A stretch of DNA of 64,000 nucleotides from Gammaproteobacteria bacterium (lineage in GTDB: Bacteria; Pseudomonadota; Gammaproteobacteria; Steroidobacterales; Woeseiaceae), in contig JAOTWB010000001.1 in the NCBI GenBank assembly GCA_029863125.1, positions 79,605 to 143,604 on the forward strand, written 5' to 3'. Positions within the stretch are counted from its first letter, which is position 1; every line of letters begins with the position of its first letter. The notes below the pieces were generated by a model, which did no database searches, had not been told where the DNA came from, and saw only the letters and a list, made by a program, of their open reading frames with translations. A program made the position numbers and the translations under genes. Positions 17,400 to 25,545 of the stretch are shown here, one piece after another.

Positions 17400-18733
17400 T
17401 TATTCAAGCTCTTGGCTCTGGTTTTTTCTTCGAGTTTTGACAGCGTAATGTCCACTGCCCTCTCAAATTTGTCCAGCGTTTCGTCCAGGCATCCCACATT
17501 GTGAGATTCACACAGGAACCAGGGTTCTCGTGAATCCGGTTCAACGAGTATTCCCTGTTCGTGCAGCTCCGGCGCAAGTGCGTCATAGAGCTCGTAATCC
17601 GAATTCACCCACTCGCGGTAATTACTCGGCGCTTCATCGGCAAAAAAGAGACCCATAAGCGCAGGATGTCCTGTAAAACTATGAGGTACGCCACGCCTCG
17701 TCAGAATGCGGCTGAGCCCTTTCTGCAGCTTCAATCCATAGCTTTCGATGTCTGCGAGCGCGGTCGTTTCATCGAGGATTTCCAGCGTCTTTGCCGCCGC
17801 GGCAAGGGATACCGAATGGCCGGTAAAGGTGCCGCCATGTACGACACTATCGCCGACATGTCGCATGATGTCTTCACGCCCGGCGACAACCGATATCGGA
17901 TAGCCGTTTGCGATCGCTTTCGCAAACGTACACAAATCGGCTTTAATGCCAAACAACTCCTGGACGCCACCCTTAGCGACGCGAAATCCGGTCTTAACTT
18001 CGTCGACAATCAACAGCACGTTATATCGATCGCAGATTTCGCGCACGTCTTTCATGTATTGCCTGCGCGTGCTGATGGCACAACAGTTTCCCATGATCGG
18101 CTCGATCAGGAATGCGCCGATCTCCGTGTGTTTGCGCTTCATCAGGTCCTCAAGCGCATTTGCGTCGTTCAGGGGCACCGGATGAAAGAGACGTTTTGTT
18201 ACCGCCGGAACGCCGTCGCCATAGGGCAGGAGCTCCGGCTGGCCGTCGCCCGGCTCCCATTCTTCAACTTCGGAGTACCACATCACTTCGCTGAATACGC
18301 CGTGATAGCCACCTTCCATGACGACGTGCCCGTCTTTGCCGGTGAATGAACGCGCAATACGTAACGCGGCCATGACGGCTTCAGTGCCAGAATTGGAAAA
18401 TCGTATAAGTTCAGCCGCCGGCACCATCTTGTTGATTCGGCAGGCCACCTCGTATTCGAGTTCGGTGGACAGTGCGAAAACGCCGCCGACCTCCATACCT
18501 TTTCTGGCTGCCTCGTCCACGCGCGGATCCGCGTAGCCGAGGATGATGGGACCGTAGGCGAGGCGATAGTCAATGTACTCGTTGCCGTCGATATCCCAGA
18601 GGCGCGCGCCCTTGCCTTGCCTGGCGTAGATCGTCCGATCATCGCCCCAGTAGCGAAAGTTTGATGACACACCGAGCGGCAGCTTCTGGATCGCTCGTTT
18701 GAAATGCCGGTTGGACCGGGCCAGGCTACGCAT
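17396..18733 (-). CDS. class-III (GSA-aminomutase-like) PLP-dependent aminotransferase
   Basis: 445 aa. Motifs LIVDEVKTGFRVAKGG, SNSGTEAVMAALRIAR and the TFAKAIANGYP Lys region. Confidence 0.85.
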   Translation of the reverse strand: MRSLARSNRHFKRAIQKLPLGVSSNFRYWGDDRTIYARQGKGARLWDIDGNEYIDYRLAYGPIILGYADPRVDEAARKGMEVGGVFALSTELEYEVACRINKMVPAAELIRFSNSGTEAVMAALRIARSFTGKDGHVVMEGGYHGVFSEVMWYSEVEEWEPGDGQPELLPYGDGVPAVTKRLFHPVPLNDANALEDLMKRKHTEIGAFLIEPIMGNCCAISTRRQYMKDVREICDRYNVLLIVDEVKTGFRVAKGGVQELFGIKADLCTFAKAIANGYPISVVAGREDIMRHVGDSVVHGGTFTGHSVSLAAAAKTLEILDETTALADIESYGLKLQKGLSRILTRRGVPHSFTGHPALMGLFFADEAPSNYREWVNSDYELYDALAPELHEQGILVEPDSREPWFLCESHNVGCLDETLDKFERAVDITLSKLEEKTRAKSLNK

Positions 18734-18751
18734 CAGCGCCTCCCTTGAAAA

Positions 18752-18771
18752 ATGAATGAGTATTCATTCAT
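18752..18771. promoter_or_regulatory. palindromic operator candidate in the TetR / aminotransferase-operon divergent region
   Basis: ATGAATGA-gtat-TCATTCAT has perfect 8-bp inverted arms. It lies 19 nt from the aminotransferase start and about 20 nt upstream of the preferred TetR start. Confidence 0.5.
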
Positions 18772-18790
18772 ATTATGGCATGATTGCAGC

Positions 18791-19420
18791 ATGGTAGCCA
18801 CAGCCGGGAACGCCAAACGAACGGCGCGACGCGAACAGCGGCGTCGGCAGCTGATCGACGCAACGATGAAATGCATCGCCCGCAAAGGCATGGGAAGCAC
18901 GACGCTCGCCGATGTTGCCGGCGAAGCGGGACTCTCGCAGGGAATCGTAAACCTGCATTTCGAAAGCAAGGAGAACCTGCTCACCGAGACGCTTCACCAC
19001 CTCGCCGACGAATACAAAGCGCAGTTCAACAAGGCCTATGAAAATTCCGGACCCGGCCCTGCGGAAAAGCTCCTGGCACTGATTGAGCTCGACCTGCGCC
19101 CTTCAATCTGTGACCGCCGCAAGGTCGCCGTGTGGTTTGCATTCTGGGGCGAAGTCAAGTCCAGGCCGACCTATCGCAAGATTTGCGATGAGCGGGACCA
19201 ATACTACGACGATATTGTCGAGAGTCTCGCCAGGGAAATCATAACCGAGGGCGGATACGAAGGCGTCACTGCCGAATCGGTTGCTATCGTACTGACATCG
19301 ATGACGAACGGCCTGTGGTTATCGTGCCTCATCAGTCCGGGCTCATTTGACCGGCACAAAGCGATGCTTGCCGTGCTGGAGTACCTGCGCGGCGTTTTTC
19401 CACGACATTTTCCGCAGTGA
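18791..19420 (+). CDS. TetR/AcrR-family transcriptional regulator
   Basis: HTH region RQLIDATMKCIARKGMGSTTLADVAGEAGLSQGIVNLHF. The start is ambiguous between the ATG at 18752 (inside the palindrome) and the ATG at 18791. I chose 18791 for the usual N-terminal length. Confidence 0.75.
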   Translation: MVATAGNAKRTARREQRRRQLIDATMKCIARKGMGSTTLADVAGEAGLSQGIVNLHFESKENLLTETLHHLADEYKAQFNKAYENSGPGPAEKLLALIELDLRPSICDRRKVAVWFAFWGEVKSRPTYRKICDERDQYYDDIVESLAREIITEGGYEGVTAESVAIVLTSMTNGLWLSCLISPGSFDRHKAMLAVLEYLRGVFPRHFPQ

Positions 19421-19427
19421 GATCCCG

Positions 19428-20588
19428 ATGCACATAGACATCAGCAAAGACGCAACTCGATGGCAAAAGATTGCGCGTGAATACGCGGACGAATATCTGC
19501 AGCCGCATGAAGTGGCAGCGGAGCTCAACGAGGGCGTGCTTCCGGATGAGATCACGAAACGCAACAAGCAGCGGGCGATGGAGCTTGGATTCACGGCCAT
19601 CGATGTGCCGAAGAGTCATGGCGGTCTCGAGCTGCCGATGGAATCCCAGGTGGCAATCTGGGAGCAGCTCGGGCGCGTAACCAACGCGCTGTCCTGGTGC
19701 TTTCCCGAAGCACAGTCGTGGATGTTCGATGCCTGCTCCGATGAGCAGATCGAAAAATTCATCCTGCCGATGATGCGCGGCGAGCGCAAAGACTGCTACG
19801 CGATTACGGAAGCGGGCCCTGGTTCCGACATTTCGGGGCTGCAGGCGACAGCGACCCGGGACGGCAACGACTATTTGCTGAACGGCGAAAAGTGGTACGT
19901 CACCAGCGGAAATCTCGCGGACTTTTTCTGGTTCCAGGCGCGCCTGCCGGATGAAGACGACGAGGCCCTGTTTCTCGTCGACCAGGGCTGTGACGGGATA
20001 GAAATTATCGCAAACCCGTTATTCAGTCATACCTATGCGGCTCATCATCCTACCTATCTCTTTGCCAACGTGCGCGTGCCCGCCTGCCGACGTGTCGGCA
20101 GTCCAGGCGACGGCATGGCCTTCACGCACAGCTGGTTTCGTCACGAAAGACTGATGATCGGCGCTCGCAGCTGCGGCGCCGCGGCCCGGCTCATTGAAGA
20201 AGCGCTCGCGTTCGCCAACGAACGCATCGTCGATGGCTCCCCGCTCAGCGAAAAACAGGCCATTCAATTCATGCTGGCGGACAGCGTGACCGAGCTTTAT
20301 GCGTCAAGACTCATGACCTACGAGGCCGCGCGCGCCGCGGATCGTGGCGAAGACGTCAAGGCGCTGCACAGCCGCTGCTCCATGGTGAAGCTGTACGTCT
20401 CCGAAATGGCAAACCGGGTGGCCGACCGTGCAGTGCAGATTTTCGGCGGTCGTGGCTATATGCGTGAAAATGTCGCCGAGCGTTTCTTCCGCGAGCTGCG
20501 CGTCGATCGAATTTGGGAAGGCACGAGCGAGATCCAACGGCTTATAATCGCCAGATCCTTGTTGAAGCGCGGACTGGACGGAATGTGA
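19428..20588 (+). CDS. acyl-CoA dehydrogenase family protein
   Basis: The ATG at 19428 lies 8 nt after the TetR stop; the track start at 19347 overlaps TetR. The C-terminal signature is FGGRGYMRENVAERFFRELRVDRIWEGTSEIQRLIIAR. Confidence 0.85.
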   Translation: MHIDISKDATRWQKIAREYADEYLQPHEVAAELNEGVLPDEITKRNKQRAMELGFTAIDVPKSHGGLELPMESQVAIWEQLGRVTNALSWCFPEAQSWMFDACSDEQIEKFILPMMRGERKDCYAITEAGPGSDISGLQATATRDGNDYLLNGEKWYVTSGNLADFFWFQARLPDEDDEALFLVDQGCDGIEIIANPLFSHTYAAHHPTYLFANVRVPACRRVGSPGDGMAFTHSWFRHERLMIGARSCGAAARLIEEALAFANERIVDGSPLSEKQAIQFMLADSVTELYASRLMTYEAARAADRGEDVKALHSRCSMVKLYVSEMANRVADRAVQIFGGRGYMRENVAERFFRELRVDRIWEGTSEIQRLIIARSLLKRGLDGM

Positions 20589-21700
20589 CTGTACGAGCGA
20601 TCCTTCGCATTGCCCTCTATTCAGTATTCCTCCTGCTTGGCGCCTGCTCAGGCGATTCGAATAACGCGTCTCACGTCCGGGATGTTGTCAATGTCTACAA
20701 CTGGGCCGACTACATTGCGCCCGACACGCTCGAAAAATTCGAAGCCGAATACGGCATCAAGGTCAATTACGATATTTACGACTCTTCGGAGGTTGTTGAC
20801 GTCAAACTTCTTGCCGGAAACAGCGGTTATGACGTCGTGGTACACAGCAACCAATTCTCTTCGCGCCTTGCACCGATCGGAATATTCGACAAACTCGACA
20901 AGAGCAGGCTTACGAATCTGAAGAATCTCGACGAGGATGTGTTTGCCAGCATCGACGTCTACGACAAGGTCAGGGATTACAATATTCCGTACCACTGGGG
21001 CACCACGGGTTATGCATGGAATGTCGAAATGGTCCGTGCGCGCCTCCCGAACCACCCCATGGACAGCGGCGACGTGCTGTTTGACCCTGCCGTCGTGTCG
21101 AAGCTGGCGGACTGTGGCGTAAGCCTGCTTGATGGCCCGACGGACCTGTTCCCGATGGTGCTTGCGTACCTGGGCCGCGACCCGAATGCCGTTGACGATG
21201 AGAGCCTCGCGGCAGCCGAAGCGCAGCTGAAGCTCGTGCGTCCTTACATCCGCTATTTCAGTAATCAGAAAATGATCTCTGACCTGCCGAACAAGGAAGT
21301 CTGCGTCGCCATGAGCTGGTCCGGTGACTTTGCGCAGGCAGCGACTCGCGCGAAAGAGGCCGGTATCGATATCGAATTACGTTATACGGTGCCGAAAGAA
21401 GGCTCCGGACTCTGGGTCGATGGCCTGTTCATCCCGAGCGACGCACCGCATAAAGACAATGCCTACCTGTTTCTCGACTTCCTGCTGCGCCCGGATATAG
21501 CCGCCAAAATCGCCAATACCGTCTTCTACGCCAACGCGAACGGCGCATCCTGGGCATTCGTAAAGCCCGAAATATTAAACAATCCGTCGATATTTCCGGA
21601 CGCAGAAACCTGGAAGCGCCTTTACCCGATTCTCTCGCCCGACCCGAAACGGGAGCGCCCCCGTACGCGGGCGTTTGCCCGGGTCAAAAGCGGCATATGA
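20585..21700 (+). CDS. potF: polyamine (putrescine/spermidine-type) ABC transporter substrate-binding lipoprotein
   Basis: The GTG at 20585 overlaps the upstream TGA (GTGA). Lipobox LLGAC. The text VNVYNWADYIAPDTLEKFEAEYGIKVNYDIYDS matches the PotF/PotD family. The symbol rests on this similarity plus the F-G-H-I gene order, and the true ligand is unknown. Confidence 0.75.
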   Translation: MTVRAILRIALYSVFLLLGACSGDSNNASHVRDVVNVYNWADYIAPDTLEKFEAEYGIKVNYDIYDSSEVVDVKLLAGNSGYDVVVHSNQFSSRLAPIGIFDKLDKSRLTNLKNLDEDVFASIDVYDKVRDYNIPYHWGTTGYAWNVEMVRARLPNHPMDSGDVLFDPAVVSKLADCGVSLLDGPTDLFPMVLAYLGRDPNAVDDESLAAAEAQLKLVRPYIRYFSNQKMISDLPNKEVCVAMSWSGDFAQAATRAKEAGIDIELRYTVPKEGSGLWVDGLFIPSDAPHKDNAYLFLDFLLRPDIAAKIANTVFYANANGASWAFVKPEILNNPSIFPDAETWKRLYPILSPDPKRERPRTRAFARVKSGI

Positions 21701-22788
21701 ACAGTTTCATTCGCATCCGCGGCATCAGCAAACACTTCGGGGACTTTGTTGCCGTTGATAACGTCGATCTCGATATTGCCAAAGGCGAGCTCTTTTCCAT
21801 TCTCGGCGGCTCGGGTTGCGGCAAAACCACGTTGTTGAGGATGCTTGCCGGATTCGAGATTCCGACGAGTGGAACGATCGAGATAGACGGCGTAGACGTT
21901 ACTCACCAGGCGCCGTATGACCGCCCCGTCAACATGATGTTCCAGTCCTACGCCGTTTTCCCGCATATGTCGGCCGCAAAAAACATTGCCTATGGTTTGC
22001 AGAAGGAACGCCTGGCAAAAAAGGAGATCGAGAGGCGGGTTGACGAGATGCTCCAGCTGGTGCAGCTCGGTGACTTTCGCAATCGCAAACCGGATCAACT
22101 GTCGGGTGGTCAGCGGCAGCGGGTTGCGCTTGCAAGGGCGCTGATCAAGCGGCCAAAAGTATTGCTGCTGGACGAGCCGCTTGCGGCGCTGGACAAGAAG
22201 CTCCGCGAACGCACTCAGTTTGAGCTCATGAATATCCAGGACGAGCTCGGCGTCACCTTTGTCGTCGTAACTCATGACCAGGAAGAAGCGATGACCCTGT
22301 CGACGCGCATTGCGGTCATGGAAAAAGGCCGGTTTCTGCAGATCGGTACGCCGCTGGAAATTTACGAGTATCCCTCCAGCAAATTTGTCGCTGACTTTAT
22401 CGGCACCATCAATATCTTCGAAGGCACGGTCCGACGCATCGATGACGACTCAATGGTCATTGACTGCGAAGAAGCGGGGGCCACTCTAACAGCGTTAGGG
22501 AAACACGATGTCGTGGTCGGACAAAAAGTCTCTATTGCCGTACGGCCTGAAAAAATATTTGTTGGCAAGAACGAACCCGACAACGACGACGACACGAAGG
22601 TTTCGGGCGTCGTACATGATCTCGGCTACCTGGGAAACCTGTCGATTTATCGCATACAGTTAGCCAACGGCAAGGTCGTCCTGGTTAGTTCCCAAAACAG
22701 GCGCCGGTCGGCAACCCGCTTCCTCGAATGGGAAGATCAGGTCTGGATATCGTGGCGGCCACGCAGCGCCGTCGTCTTGCTGGACTAG
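21697..22788 (+). CDS. potG: polyamine-type ABC transporter ATP-binding protein
   Basis: Walker A GGSGCGKTT, signature LSGGQRQRVALARAL, Walker B VLLLDEP, and a C-terminal TOBE-like domain. ATGA overlap with the SBP gene. Confidence 0.85.
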   Translation: MNSFIRIRGISKHFGDFVAVDNVDLDIAKGELFSILGGSGCGKTTLLRMLAGFEIPTSGTIEIDGVDVTHQAPYDRPVNMMFQSYAVFPHMSAAKNIAYGLQKERLAKKEIERRVDEMLQLVQLGDFRNRKPDQLSGGQRQRVALARALIKRPKVLLLDEPLAALDKKLRERTQFELMNIQDELGVTFVVVTHDQEEAMTLSTRIAVMEKGRFLQIGTPLEIYEYPSSKFVADFIGTINIFEGTVRRIDDDSMVIDCEEAGATLTALGKHDVVVGQKVSIAVRPEKIFVGKNEPDNDDDTKVSGVVHDLGYLGNLSIYRIQLANGKVVLVSSQNRRRSATRFLEWEDQVWISWRPRSAVVLLD

Positions 22789-22793
22789 GACAA

Positions 22794-23693
22794 ATGCCGG
22801 GCGAGAATGCACTAAACAGGGATCAGCTTTGGCGTCACGTGGCCGTCGCCGTGCCGTATTTATGGCTCCTCGTATTCTTTCTGGCGCCCTTCGCTATTAT
22901 CTTGAAGATCAGCCTGGCCGACCCGGTCATCGCCCAGCCGCCCTTCACGCCCGCGTTCGACGAAAGCGGCAAATTCCTCGCATCCGTCGATAGTTTCAGG
23001 TTCCTGCTGACCGACAGGCTTTATGCAACAACCTACCTTCGGTCCATATTCATGGCCGGCATGGCGACCTTGCTCTGCCTTGCGCTGGGCTTCCCGATGG
23101 CCTACGGCATCGCGCGCGCGCCCGCATCTGCGCGCAGTCTGCTGCTGCTGCTGATCATGCTGCCATTCTGGATCTCGTTCCTGCTCCGCGTCTACGCATG
23201 GATGGGACTCATGAACAACTACGGCGTCGTCAACAACCTGTTGATGTGGCTGGGACTCATCGAGCATCCGATTCAGCTGATGTATACAGATTTCGCGATC
23301 TTCGTCGGTCTTGCTTACTCGTATTTGCCGTTCATGATACTGCCGCTGTACGCGACGCTCGAACGCATGGACCTCGACCTCGTCGAGGCGGCGCAGGACC
23401 TCGGGGCATCTCGCACGAGGGCTTTCTGGGATATTACCTGGCCGCTGGCCAGACCCGGCGTCATTGCGGGCTGCCTGCTGGTCTTTATTCCCGCGATGGG
23501 CGAGTACGTCATTCCCTACCTTCTGGGCGGCCCCGAATCACTCATGATCGGCCGGGTGCTGTGGGACGAGTTCTTCGTCAACCGCGACTGGCCGCTGGCC
23601 TCGGCCGTCGCGATTGTCCTGCTTCTGCTGCTCGTTGTGCCCATCGTGCTGTTGCAGCGATACCAGGCAAGGGACAAGGAAGCGGGTATATGA
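22794..23693 (+). CDS. potH: polyamine-type ABC transporter permease
   Basis: The ATG at 22794 lies just after the potG stop. EAA loop is EAAQDLGASRTRAFWDITWPLARPG. About six TM segments. Confidence 0.8.
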   Translation: MPGENALNRDQLWRHVAVAVPYLWLLVFFLAPFAIILKISLADPVIAQPPFTPAFDESGKFLASVDSFRFLLTDRLYATTYLRSIFMAGMATLLCLALGFPMAYGIARAPASARSLLLLLIMLPFWISFLLRVYAWMGLMNNYGVVNNLLMWLGLIEHPIQLMYTDFAIFVGLAYSYLPFMILPLYATLERMDLDLVEAAQDLGASRTRAFWDITWPLARPGVIAGCLLVFIPAMGEYVIPYLLGGPESLMIGRVLWDEFFVNRDWPLASAVAIVLLLLLVVPIVLLQRYQARDKEAGI

Positions 23694-24487
23694 AACCTCA
23701 CTCCCGATTCGTTCTTTCTGTACTCGCTTTCGGCTATGCGTTTCTCTACATACCGCTGGTGTTCGTCATCGTATATTCCTTTAACGACTCCAGGATCGCG
23801 ACTATCTGGGGCGGGTTTTCCACCCGCTGGTACGGTGAACTGTTTCGCAATGACCAGGTGCTGGATGCCGCGCTGCTGAGCCTTCGCATCGCTTTCACTT
23901 CTGCGACTATCGCTACAATCCTCGGAACGATGGCCGGACTCGTGCTTGCGCGCTTTGGCAGATTCAAAGGCAGAACGCTGTTTTCCGGGATGATAACGTC
24001 GCCCATGGTCATGCCCGAGGTGATTACGGGACTTTCGCTGTTGCTGCTATTCGTAACCCTTCAACAGCTCACCGGGTGGCCCGGCCAGCGCGGTTTTTCG
24101 ACGATTACCATTGCGCATACGACGTTCTCGATGGCCTACGTCGCTGTCATTGTGCAGTCCCGATTGATGTCGATGGACGAGTCGCTGGAAGAAGCGGCAA
24201 TGGATTTGGGCGGTCGGCCGGTGCGGGTCGTTTTCGACATCACTCTGCCGCTGATCGCCCCGGCAATGGTAGCCGGATGGCTGTTGGCATTCACACTGTC
24301 ACTCGACGATCTCGTTATCGCGAGTTTCGTGTCCGGTCCCGGCAGCAGCACGCTGCCGATGTATATTTTCTCGAAAGTGAAGCTCGGCGTGTCGCCCGAC
24401 ATCAATGCGCTGGCAACACTGCTAATAGCGGCAGTAAGTCTGGGTGTGTTGATCGCCTGGATAGCGATGCGCCGAATGCGAACCTGA
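23690..24487 (+). CDS. potI: polyamine-type ABC transporter permease
   Basis: The real start is the ATG at 23690 (MKPHSRFVLSVLAFGY...), overlapping the potH stop as ATGA. The track ORF 23198..24487 carries a spurious N-terminal extension. EAA loop is EEAAMDLGGRPVRVVFDITLPLIAPA. Confidence 0.8.
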   Translation: MKPHSRFVLSVLAFGYAFLYIPLVFVIVYSFNDSRIATIWGGFSTRWYGELFRNDQVLDAALLSLRIAFTSATIATILGTMAGLVLARFGRFKGRTLFSGMITSPMVMPEVITGLSLLLLFVTLQQLTGWPGQRGFSTITIAHTTFSMAYVAVIVQSRLMSMDESLEEAAMDLGGRPVRVVFDITLPLIAPAMVAGWLLAFTLSLDDLVIASFVSGPGSSTLPMYIFSKVKLGVSPDINALATLLIAAVSLGVLIAWIAMRRMRT

Positions 24488-24628
24488 TTACGCTTGGCAC
24501 CCGTTCTGAAGCCGATCAACCGCTTAATTGAATTGTGAACGAATGTAACATAAGTCTCGTATTTGACGGGGTCTGCTGCCCATAAAGTATAGTAGGATGA
24601 TCGTAAATCTAAGGACAGGGGAATCTTG

Positions 24629-25480
24629 ATGAAAATGCGTTCTGTTGCCGTACTCGCCGGCAGCCTGCTCTTATTCTCTCACTACGCGACAGCGGGTCAC
24701 ACCTGGAACAACTACCACTGGGCGCGCACCGCGAATCCCGTGCCGCTAAAAGTTGTCGACAGCGTATCAAGCGACTGGCAGTTCGAACTCGACACCGCGC
24801 TTGATGAGTGGTCGAAGCCGACAGGTGGCGCGCTGGATGTATTCAACTTCCCGATCGACTCTGCTGATGATTCCAACCGCGCGCGCAAACAGTGCAAGAT
24901 GACCGCTGGCCAGATGCGCGTCTGCAACGCGTCCTACGGTTTCAACGGCTGGCTCGGCCTCGCCTCGATCGGCCTCGACAGCAACGGCCATATCGACCGG
25001 GGTACCGCGAAAGTGAACGACAGTTATTCCTCGTACTGGGCCGACCCGGATGAGAAACGCCACGTCATGTGCCAGGAGATCGGCCACGTGTTCGGCCTGG
25101 GCCACACCTCTGAAGACGGTTCGAGCCAGAAGACCTGCATGGATTATTCTCAGGACCCGAACAGCATTTCGCCGAATCAGCACGATTATGACCTGTTGGC
25201 GGCCATGTATGGGCATCTGGACAGCTACAACAGCTACGATGATGGTTCCTCCGGCGGTAGTGGCGGCGGTGACGGCGGTGACGGCGATAAGCCCTGTAAC
25301 CCGAATTCGCCGAAATGTAATCCGCGCGATGCCGGTCTGGGACCCAACGGCATCCCGCCGATGGGTGTGCGCGTACACAAAGGCGAGTTTGAAGAAATCT
25401 GGGTGGCGTCGCGGCCGGACGGCGGCCTCTGGATTCACCATATCCGCCTGGTGCCCGATGCGTTTCGGATAATCAAATAG
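24629..25480 (+). CDS. secreted metzincin-like protein with variant zinc motif (QEIGHVFGLGH)
   Basis: The ATG at 24629 lies 7 nt after GGGGA. Signal peptide MKMRSVAVLAGSLLLFSHYATA. The motif HVMCQEIGHVFGLGHTSEDG is followed by a CMDY Met-turn-like segment, then a Gly/Asp-rich linker and a short C-terminal domain. Confidence 0.6.
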   Translation: MKMRSVAVLAGSLLLFSHYATAGHTWNNYHWARTANPVPLKVVDSVSSDWQFELDTALDEWSKPTGGALDVFNFPIDSADDSNRARKQCKMTAGQMRVCNASYGFNGWLGLASIGLDSNGHIDRGTAKVNDSYSSYWADPDEKRHVMCQEIGHVFGLGHTSEDGSSQKTCMDYSQDPNSISPNQHDYDLLAAMYGHLDSYNSYDDGSSGGSGGGDGGDGDKPCNPNSPKCNPRDAGLGPNGIPPMGVRVHKGEFEEIWVASRPDGGLWIHHIRLVPDAFRIIK

Positions 25481-25503
25481 CGACGTCGTCACGCACAGAT
25501 AGT

Positions 25504-25535
25504 AAAAAGAGCCCGGCTATAGCCGGGCTTTTTTT
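25504..25535. terminator. bidirectional rho-independent terminator between convergent genes
   Basis: AAAAAGA-GCCCGGCT-at-AGCCGGGC-TTTTTTT. The GC-rich hairpin is flanked by an A-run and a T-run. Confidence 0.85.
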
Positions 25536-25545
25536 GGGGCCTTTC

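Noticed and set aside
23198-23689. N-terminal extensions of track ORFs, for example 23198 for potI, 14326 for the GcvT-like gene, 19347 for the ACAD, 20513 for potF, 7790 for the TBDR, 50434 for the CysK-like gene, 54415 for hemG and 59063 for ppdK.
   Set aside because: The extensions overlap the preceding gene in another frame and lack family-like sequence. Internal ATG or GTG starts with RBS or stop-start coupling give canonical N-termini.
24563-24593. Sigma-70-like promoter TTGACG-N19-TATAGT upstream of the metzincin-like gene.
   Set aside because: The hexamers are good but the 19-nt spacer is suboptimal. There is no supporting data, so it is not listed as a feature.
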